A DNA stretch of 64,000 bases from Patescibacteria group bacterium (GTDB lineage Bacteria; Patescibacteriota; Minisyncoccia; Phycocordibacterales; WO2-35-19): the NCBI GenBank assembly GCA_038065655.1, contig JBBTQO010000009.1, forward strand, positions 218 through 64,217. Reading direction: 5' to 3'. Shown in pieces: positions 57,022 to 64,000 of the stretch (its first letter is position 1; each line of letters starts with the position of its first letter). Below the pieces are notes generated by a model that saw only the letters and a list, made by a program, of their open reading frames with translations, searched no databases and was not told the origin of the DNA. The position numbers and the translations under genes were made by a program.

Positions 57022-57476
57022 TTAAACGAGTTGGATTTGTTTGCCGAGAGCTGTGGCTATTTTGTAGATAGTGCTATAAGAAAACCCGTGTCTCGTGTTT
57101 TCAACGCGAGCAATCATAGACTGGGTCATACTTGCTCTTTTGGCTAGGGTTTTTTGAGACATTTTTTTCTTGAGACGAGCTTCTCTTATTTGCTTTTTTA
57201 TTCTCATTTCTGCTAATTCTGTATTGTAAGCATCCCTGAAAGCTTTTGATTTCATACTTTTTTCAAAAACTTCATCAAATGTATAAAATTTGTGTCCTTT
57301 TATTATTAATTTGTAATATTTTTCTGCATAATCTATTTCTTGTAATGGTGTTTTGTTACTTTTCTTCAAGAATACGTTTGCAAAATAAATTGTATTTTTA
57401 TAAATGAAAAATATAAAAAGGAGTTTATAAAATCATTAACTTTTGTTACAAAAGTTGTGCCCAGCGGGTAACTCAT
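57022..57476 (-). pseudogene. Eroded HigBA-like module; toxin tail fused in frame to HTH antitoxin
   Basis: IYFANVFLKKSNKTPLQEIDYA (toxin-like tail) runs into ...MSQKTLAKRASMTQSMIARVE; upstream ATG 57476 is out of frame. Confidence 0.65.
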
Positions 57477-57580
57477 AAATCCAAGTATAGCAAAATTGCT
57501 ATATTGATGTCAAGCGGTTTACTTATTCTTACTTTTCCTTTATTCTATATTCATTATTCTTACTTCATAATTCATATCTC

Positions 57581-58171
57581 ATGACACCACAAACATTTAT
57601 ATTTTTTGGGCCATCTGGCTCAGGCAAGGGAAAACAGGCTAAGCTTTTACAGGATGAAATTAAAAAAAGAGACCCTGAAAGGAATATTCTTTATATTGAA
57701 ACTGGTCAAAAGTTTAGAGAATTAGCTGAAAGCGATTCTTATACTGCTAAAAAAATTAAAGAGGTTATTCAAAATGGAGGATTACTCCCCGAATTTTTAT
57801 CAATCTGGGTTTGGACCGGTTTGATGATGGAAAATATAAAAGGTGATGAGCATATTTTTATGGATGGACTTTCCAGACAACCTAAAGAAGCGCCAGTATT
57901 GGACTCGGCTATTAAATTTTATGAAAGGAAAAATCCAACCGTTGTTTCAATAAAGGTTTCAGATGAATGGGCTACTAAATTATTAAAAGGCAGGGGCCGG
58001 AGCGATGATAATGATGAAGAAATAAAAAAGAGGCTTGATTGGTACAAAAAAAAAGTGGTACCTGCCATGGAATATTTTAAAAAAGATCCTTACTACAAAT
58101 TTATTTCCATAGACGGCGAGCACACCATCCCTGAAGTTCATCAAGAAATAATGCAGAAAGTGGGCCTATGA
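57581..58171 (+). CDS. adk: Adenylate kinase
   Basis: GPSGSGKG.QA, ETGQKFR, MDGLSR, RGRSDD; secY-adk-map synteny. Confidence 0.88.
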   Translation: MTPQTFIFFGPSGSGKGKQAKLLQDEIKKRDPERNILYIETGQKFRELAESDSYTAKKIKEVIQNGGLLPEFLSIWVWTGLMMENIKGDEHIFMDGLSRQPKEAPVLDSAIKFYERKNPTVVSIKVSDEWATKLLKGRGRSDDNDEEIKKRLDWYKKKVVPAMEYFKKDPYYKFISIDGEHTIPEVHQEIMQKVGL

Positions 58172-58941
58172 TTAAATACAAAACAGAAGAAGAGATAGCT
58201 ATTATGCGAGAAGGAGGTAAGATTCACGCTCGGATTTTGAAAGAGGTGGCTAAAAAAGTGAAGCCGGGAATAAAAACCAATGAACTCAATACTTACGCCG
58301 AACAGTTAATTGATGAAGCTGGATGTGTGGCTTCTTTTTTAGGTTATCAACCTCAAGACGTAAAAAGGCCTTACCCAGCCGCCCTTTGTGTTTCAATAAA
58401 TGAAGAGATAGTGCACGGCATACCAAACGACGGCAATGAAAGAATTTTATTTGAGGGTGATGTTGTTACCTTAGATTTGGGTTTAACTTATAATAATTTT
58501 ATAACCGATGCCGCTATCACTGTGCCAGTGGGTAAAATAAGCAAAGAAGCCCAGACTCTTATCCAAGCGACCAAAGAAGCTCTAGATCGGGCAATCACGG
58601 CTATGCGTTTACACGGCCATATAGGTGATATAGGCGATGCTATAATGCAGGTAGCCAAGAAACACGGCCTCGGTATTATAGAAGGCTTGTCAGGTCATGG
58701 GGTTGGTTATAGCGTGCATGAGGAGCCATTTGTGCCCAATAAGGCGAAAAGAGGAGAAGGTCCAGAGCTTCGTGAAGGATTGGTTATAGCTATAGAACCC
58801 ATGTTTTCTCTTGGTAGTCGGGATATAAAAAGATTAAATGACGGCTATACTTACATCACTCGCGACAAATCACTTTCAGCCCATTTTGAACATACGGTGG
58901 CAATGGGATATAATGGTAAAGTTGAAATTTTAACAAAATAA
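58168..58941 (+). CDS. map: Methionine aminopeptidase type I
   Basis: SINEEIVHGIP, GHGVG..VHEEP, AIEPM, SAHFEHT. Confidence 0.97.
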   Translation: MIKYKTEEEIAIMREGGKIHARILKEVAKKVKPGIKTNELNTYAEQLIDEAGCVASFLGYQPQDVKRPYPAALCVSINEEIVHGIPNDGNERILFEGDVVTLDLGLTYNNFITDAAITVPVGKISKEAQTLIQATKEALDRAITAMRLHGHIGDIGDAIMQVAKKHGLGIIEGLSGHGVGYSVHEEPFVPNKAKRGEGPELREGLVIAIEPMFSLGSRDIKRLNDGYTYITRDKSLSAHFEHTVAMGYNGKVEILTK

Positions 58942-59084
58942 TTATTAATTAATTTTAGTTCATCAAAACAAAATAGCTTCTTTCGCTCGATACAGAAATT
59001 TTTTGCTAAAAATTTCTTTGTCCTCACCTTTTCACAGGTTCCGGAATCTCGCTTAAGAACTATTTTGTTTTAATTCAAAAGAAT

Positions 59085-59690
59085 ATGTCACATCCAAAAC
59101 AAGAAAGAACTTTAGTAATCATTAAACCAGATGGAGTGCAGAGGACACTCATTGGTGAAATTATAAAAAGATTGGAAAGACCTGGGCTAAAGTTGGTAGC
59201 AATGAAAATGTGTCTGCCGACCGCTGAACATGTGGAAAAACATTACACACTGGACCCAGAATGGCGTCGTATTACTGGTGAAAAAAGAGTCAAAGCGGCT
59301 AAAGAAAAAGGTGAAAAATTGCCAACTGAAGACCCTTTTGAAATCACCGCTAAAATTTTGGAAGTTTTAATAAAATATATAACTTCGGGTCCCGTGGTCG
59401 CTATGGTTTGGCAGGGAGCGCATTCAACTGAGTTGGTTAGAAAAATTGTTGGTGGCACAGAGCCCAGAAGTTCCGATGTGGGCACTATCAGGGGGGATTA
59501 TGTTTTGGATTCTTATGTTATGGCTGATACTGACGGCCGAGCGGTGAGAAATCTGATTCACGCTTCCAGCACTGCTAAAGAATCTGAAGCCGAAATAAAT
59601 CATTGGTTTAAAAAAAATGAAATCCTGGACTACAAACTTGTTCAAGAACAAATTTTGTATGATGTAAATATGGATGGAATTTTGGAATAA
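59085..59690 (+). CDS. ndk: Nucleoside-diphosphate kinase
   Basis: ERTLVIIKPDGVQR, SGPVVAM, GTIRGD, RNLIHAS. Confidence 0.96.
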   Translation: MSHPKQERTLVIIKPDGVQRTLIGEIIKRLERPGLKLVAMKMCLPTAEHVEKHYTLDPEWRRITGEKRVKAAKEKGEKLPTEDPFEITAKILEVLIKYITSGPVVAMVWQGAHSTELVRKIVGGTEPRSSDVGTIRGDYVLDSYVMADTDGRAVRNLIHASSTAKESEAEINHWFKKNEILDYKLVQEQILYDVNMDGILE

Positions 59691-59700
59691 ATTTTCAAAC

Positions 59701-60107
59701 ATGTTTTTTCTTAAAAGAAAAATTGTTGTAGTAACTCATAGCGGGTCATTTCATGCCGATGATGTTTTCGCTTGTGCCACGATTTCACTTTGGGCAGAGA
59801 AAAATAATTTAAGACTAAAAATAATTAGAGATAGGGATGAAAAAATTATAAAATTAAATTAGTTGTTTATTTACATAAAAATGGTAAAAATTGGTGTGTC
59901 CAAACCGGAAGAGATGATTTGGAAGATTATGATTCGGATCGAGCAAATATGCCAAAAACATGGTGGGGACTTAAGGAAAACGAATTAGTAAATATTTCTG
60001 GTGTTAAGGATGCTTCTTTTTGCATTAATAATGGTGGCTGGTTCGGTACTGCTAAAAGCAAAGAAGGTGCGATAGAAATGGCCGAAAAAGCAGAAATAAA
60101 TAGCTAA
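59701..60107 (+). pseudogene. MYG1-family pseudogene with large internal deletion
   Basis: VVTHSGSFHADDVFA N-terminus; separate C-terminal fragment PKTWWGL...SGVKDASFC...AKSKEGAIEMA. Confidence 0.75.
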
Positions 60108-60173
60108 AATTTGGATATTTATGGACGGATACATGGACTTTAAAATAAGTGCGAATTAGATTATAATTACTAC

Positions 60174-60302
60174 AGGGTTACTTGGATATTTTCTAACTTG
60201 CAAATATTCAGGGAGGCTAACTTTCCCCGCACCAAATTTTGGTGCGGGGTCGAGGCCACCCACCTAATTTTTTTCAATTAGGGAATTATCCCAGGTAGCC
60301 CT
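60174..60302 (+). ncRNA. ssrS: Probable 6S RNA
   Basis: Ends pair (AGGGTTACTTGG / CCAGGTAGCCCT); GGGAG...GGCCACCCACCT motifs recall Firmicutes-type 6S; TATAAT upstream and terminator downstream. Confidence 0.6.
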
Positions 60303-60352
60303 ACATAGAAATCCCAGCGGAAGCGAGGGATTTTTATGTTATTATTATTTTT

Positions 60353-60760
60353 ATGTTAAAGAAACCACTTTTTATAGAAGCTTTCATTCTTTTGGCGATT
60401 GTCGGGGTGTTGGATAGGATAGCCAACATATATCATTTGTATTGGTCCGTTAATGAGTTTGATAGCTTAGTTCATTTTTTGGGCGGAGCAGCATTGGCAG
60501 CTTTTTTCCTTTGGCTTTACTTTTCTTCTGGTTATTTTAATCCCGCCAAAAGAGATTTGAAAAAATTTTTGTTGGTTTCAATTTTTGGCGCAATGTTCGT
60601 GGCGGTTTCTTGGGAAATTTATGAACTTTTTTTGGGAGAGGCGGTGGTGAATAAAGCTGAATATCCTTTTGACACGATGCTAGATTTAATAATGGATTTT
60701 TTGGGTGCGGTGGCGATATGTTTTTATGGATACTTAAAGGAACACAATGCAAAATCCTAA
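60353..60760 (+). CDS. Four-TM membrane protein
   Basis: FDSLVHFLGG, SWEIYE, DTMLDLIMDFLG. Confidence 0.75.
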   Translation: MLKKPLFIEAFILLAIVGVLDRIANIYHLYWSVNEFDSLVHFLGGAALAAFFLWLYFSSGYFNPAKRDLKKFLLVSIFGAMFVAVSWEIYELFLGEAVVNKAEYPFDTMLDLIMDFLGAVAICFYGYLKEHNAKS

Positions 60761-62186
60761 ACTTATATTTTATGGGGGAGTTGGCACAACAACTGGAGCT
60801 AATATAATGCTTCAGTTTAATGATAAGAAAATTTTAGTTGATTGCGGACTTTTGCAAGGCGCTAAATTTGCCGAGGATAAAAATTTTGAACCTTTTAAAT
60901 ATAATCCTGCCGAGGTTGATTTTCTTTTGATTACGCACGCTCATATGGATCATATCGGCAAAATGCCAAAGTTAGTGAGAGATGGGTTTAAAGGCAAAAT
61001 ATTTTCTACTCTTGAAACAATGGAGCTTGCCTCGCCAATGCTGAGGGATGCTTTAAAAGTAATGCAGATAAAACACAAAGGGAGGGTGCTTTTTGAGGAA
61101 AATGATATCCAAAATACTTTAGCCCTTTGGCAAGGTAAAAAATATGGAGAGAGAATGGAGCTTTTCGAAAATTGCAGTTTGATTATGCAAGATGCTGGAC
61201 ATATTTTGGGTTCAGCTATTATAAATGTTTCTTGTGGGGCAGGGGAAGAAAAAAGAATGATAGCTTTTACGGGAGACTTGGGCAATTCTCCGTCACCACT
61301 TTTGCCAGATACCGAGTCCCCAAAAGGGGTTGATTATATTGTGATGGAAAGTGTTTATGGCAATAGAAATCATGAAAGCAAAGAGGAAAGAAGAAAAAAA
61401 TTAAAAGAAGTGATTTTAAACGGTATAAAAAAAGGTGGCACTATGGTCATACCGGCCTTTTCCATTGAAAGAACTCAGGTCCTGCTTTATGAAATAAATA
61501 ATATGATTGAGGATAAGGAAATCCCGCAGATTCCGGTTTTTGTAGACTCTCCTTTGGCTCTAAAAGTGACCGATATTTATAAAAAATATCAAAAAGATTT
61601 TAAGGCATCGATTCAGCAAGAAATAAAAAGTGGAGATGATATTTTTGATTTTCCGGGGTTGCATATTGTGGGAAGAGCTTCAGAATCAGCAGAAATAGAA
61701 AAAATAGCAGGGGCCAAAATAATATTGGCCGGTTCAGGTATGTCTGAAGGGGGACGGGTGGTCAGTCACGAAGCTCGTTTTTTGCCAGATCCAAACGCCA
61801 CTATTATTTTGGTTGGCTATCAATCAGTAGGCTCTTTGGGCAGAGCAATTGCCGATGGAGTTAAAGAAGTTTTTATTGATACGGATGGTAATGCTAAAAA
61901 TGGTAAAGAGAAAGTAAAAGTACGGGCGACAATAGAAAATATTACCGGCTATTCTTCGCATAAAGATTCTGAGCATTTGTTGGAGTTTGTCGAGAAAGTT
62001 AATGAAAATAACGCCCCCCAGCCCCCTCTTATATTAAGAGGGGGAGAGGAAAAAAAAGGATTGAAGAGGGTTTTTGTCATAATGGGCGAACCAAAGTCCT
62101 CCCTTTTCCTCACCCAACGCATCCGCGATTATTTAGATGTAGATGCGGTTTATCCGGAGGAGGGGAAGGAGTATGATTTAAATTAG
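60747..62186 (+). CDS. MBL-fold beta-CASP RNA-metabolising hydrolase
   Basis: THAHMDHIG, AGHILGS, FTGDLG, MESVYG, AGSGMSEGGR, YSSH. Confidence 0.93.
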   Translation: MQNPKLIFYGGVGTTTGANIMLQFNDKKILVDCGLLQGAKFAEDKNFEPFKYNPAEVDFLLITHAHMDHIGKMPKLVRDGFKGKIFSTLETMELASPMLRDALKVMQIKHKGRVLFEENDIQNTLALWQGKKYGERMELFENCSLIMQDAGHILGSAIINVSCGAGEEKRMIAFTGDLGNSPSPLLPDTESPKGVDYIVMESVYGNRNHESKEERRKKLKEVILNGIKKGGTMVIPAFSIERTQVLLYEINNMIEDKEIPQIPVFVDSPLALKVTDIYKKYQKDFKASIQQEIKSGDDIFDFPGLHIVGRASESAEIEKIAGAKIILAGSGMSEGGRVVSHEARFLPDPNATIILVGYQSVGSLGRAIADGVKEVFIDTDGNAKNGKEKVKVRATIENITGYSSHKDSEHLLEFVEKVNENNAPQPPLILRGGEEKKGLKRVFVIMGEPKSSLFLTQRIRDYLDVDAVYPEEGKEYDLN

Positions 62187-62189
62187 TTT

Positions 62190-63719
62190 TTATCTAGCAA
62201 ACTCTATAGTTCTTGATTCTCTTATCACAACCACGCGGATTTCACCTGGATATTTTAGTTCGTTTTCGATGCGAACAGCAATGTCACGAGCAATATTTTT
62301 AGCTTCTAAATCATTGACTTGAGATGGGGTAACAAATATACGAAGTTCTCTCCCTGCTTGTAGAGCATAAGCTTTTTCTACACCGCTAACGGAAATGGCA
62401 ATGGCCTCAAGTTCACCGAGACGCTTCAAATAATTTTCCACACTGTCTCTTCTGGCTCCCGGCCTTGCACCGGAGATAGCGTCAGCTGATTGAACGATGT
62501 AAGACTCTAAAGTGGAATATGGATATTCGCCGTGATGAGACTCCATAGCTCTGATTATTTTTTCATCCGCGCCAAATTTTTGTAAAATGCGACGACCGAT
62601 ATCAACATGAGTACCAGCAATTTCATGGTCTACCGCTTTGCCTATGTCGTGAAGGAGGGCTCCGGCTTTGGCGATGGCGACATTGGCGCCTATCTCGGTG
62701 GCGAGCATCCCGGCAATGTGAGACATTTCAATTGAATGTTGCAAAACATTTTGACCATAAGAGGTTCGGAAATGTAACCTGCCTAAGATGGAAATAATTC
62801 TTGGGTCAAGATTAAAAACGCCACATTCGTAAGCGGCCGCTTCACCCTTTTCTTTGATTATTTTATTTATTTCTTGTTTGGCTTTTTCCACCATTTCCTC
62901 AATTTTGGCCGGCTGAATACGGCCATCCTGGATGAGGTTTTCTAAAGCAACTCTAGCTACTTGGCGGCGAACCGAATCGTAGGAAGAGATGGTAATAAGG
63001 CCGGGGGTATCATCAACTATAATTTCCACACCAGAAACTCTTTCAAAAGCCTTAATATTTCTGCCTTCTTTACCAATAATTTTACCTTTTATTTCATCTG
63101 AAGGAATAGCCACGGAAGTAGAAAAGACTTCTGAAGAAACCGAATTAGCCAATCTTTGAATTGAAGTGGTTAATATTTCCTTGGCCTTTGCTTCTATCTT
63201 TTCAGCACCGCCATTTTCCAATTTTTGCAGTCTGATTGTGATATCCTCTTCAGATTTTTTCTCAATTTCCTTGATTAAGGATTCTTTGGCTTCTTCCTCC
63301 GTCATTTTTGACACTTTTTGAAGTTCTTCGTATCTTTGTTTTTCTAATGTTTCCGCTTTTTCTCTGATAGACTTTATTTCAGAGACTCTTTCTTTCACTT
63401 GTTCGATTTCTTTATCTATATCGAGTTGTCTTTTATCCAAAAATTCCTCTTTTTTAATGAGGCGATCTTCGGTTTTTTGAACTTTTTCTTCTCTTTCTTT
63501 GTACTCCTCTCTTTTTTCTTTGGCAGTTTCCTCCGCTTTAATTGTAGCCTCTTCAACAATTTTTTTGGCTTCTTCTCTGGCATGGAGCTCCATTTGCTTG
63601 ATGCGAAGTTCTACCGAACCGCGCTGTCCCAATGAAATAATCCATCGCAAGAAATAACCAAAACCGACACCAACTAGAGCTGCTAGGCCCGCCAGTAGCA
63701 CTGCTAATTTTAATGACAT
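62190..63719 (-). CDS. rny: Ribonuclease Y
   Basis: TM, coiled coil, KGKIIGKEGRNI KH, RTSYGQN, LLHDIGK, ADAISGARPGARR. Confidence 0.97.
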   Translation of the reverse strand: MSLKLAVLLAGLAALVGVGFGYFLRWIISLGQRGSVELRIKQMELHAREEAKKIVEEATIKAEETAKEKREEYKEREEKVQKTEDRLIKKEEFLDKRQLDIDKEIEQVKERVSEIKSIREKAETLEKQRYEELQKVSKMTEEEAKESLIKEIEKKSEEDITIRLQKLENGGAEKIEAKAKEILTTSIQRLANSVSSEVFSTSVAIPSDEIKGKIIGKEGRNIKAFERVSGVEIIVDDTPGLITISSYDSVRRQVARVALENLIQDGRIQPAKIEEMVEKAKQEINKIIKEKGEAAAYECGVFNLDPRIISILGRLHFRTSYGQNVLQHSIEMSHIAGMLATEIGANVAIAKAGALLHDIGKAVDHEIAGTHVDIGRRILQKFGADEKIIRAMESHHGEYPYSTLESYIVQSADAISGARPGARRDSVENYLKRLGELEAIAISVSGVEKAYALQAGRELRIFVTPSQVNDLEAKNIARDIAVRIENELKYPGEIRVVVIRESRTIEFAR

Positions 63720-63895
63720 ATATTTTGCTGTAATTCCGCTTTAATTTAAAGCGGCGAGAGATTTATGCTTGATTTTGTTGGAAAACAAAGACATTTTGGT
63801 TTTTGTAACTAATCCATCACCGATTATCTAACGAAATTACTATAATTTAATGTTAATGCCAGTATTATACAAAATTCAGCTCAAATATGCAAATT

Positions 63896-64000
63896 CTAGA
63901 GAATTTTATCTACAATACCGTATTTCTTGGCTTCGTCTGCGGTCATGAAGAAATCACGCTCAACGTCGGTGTCTATTTTAGCAAGAGTTTGGCCAGTGTT
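63896..64000 (-). CDS. clpP: ClpP protease C-terminus (partial)
   Basis: [34 protein letters not shown]. Confidence 0.9.
   Translation of the reverse strand, partial: NTGQTLAKIDTDVERDFFMTADEAKKYGIVDKIL

Noticed and set aside
1-64000. Prophage, retron, DGR or known defence island
   Set aside because: No phage structural genes, reverse transcriptase, TR/VR pair or restriction-modification cluster were recognised. The 79-bp imperfect repeat differs at synonymous sites, not specifically at adenines.

Overview
This 64-kb window is AT-rich bacterial chromosome, almost certainly from a Patescibacteria/CPR (Parcubacteria-like) genome using genetic code 11. Support: rpmD is missing between rpsE and rplO, tRNA-Ile(UAU) and tRNA-Arg(UCG) are present, the tmRNA tag is long, and CPR-typical orphan families occur. 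Core genes include rpsO, rpmB, rpsL-rpsG-fusA, a partial spc operon (rpsN to secY-adk-map), pnp, rny, ftsH, a partial clpP, smpB with tmRNA, recJ, recG, xth, rnhA, a Xer-type recombinase, tpiA, pgk, ndk, SOD, type IV pilus and competence genes (pilB, pilC, pilins, split comEC, comM), six tRNAs and a probable 6S RNA. There is no CRISPR array, prophage or intact transposase. The unusual content is small-scale. (1) About eight self-contained orphan mini-cassettes each have a sigma70 promoter, strong SD, small ORF and terminator; two sit between duplicated 3' ends of the neighbouring gene. (2) A PaaX/Cas2-like gene is bracketed by 38-bp palindromes. (3) A DUF559 nuclease is bracketed by inverted REP-like ends, and empty doublets of those ends occur elsewhere. 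(4) At least six palindrome families are present, several inserted in frame into proteins. (5) Two HTH/LAGLIDADG-like genes lie beside tRNAs. (6) Several genes are eroded by internal deletion. All calls come from reading the sequence by eye; no searches were run.
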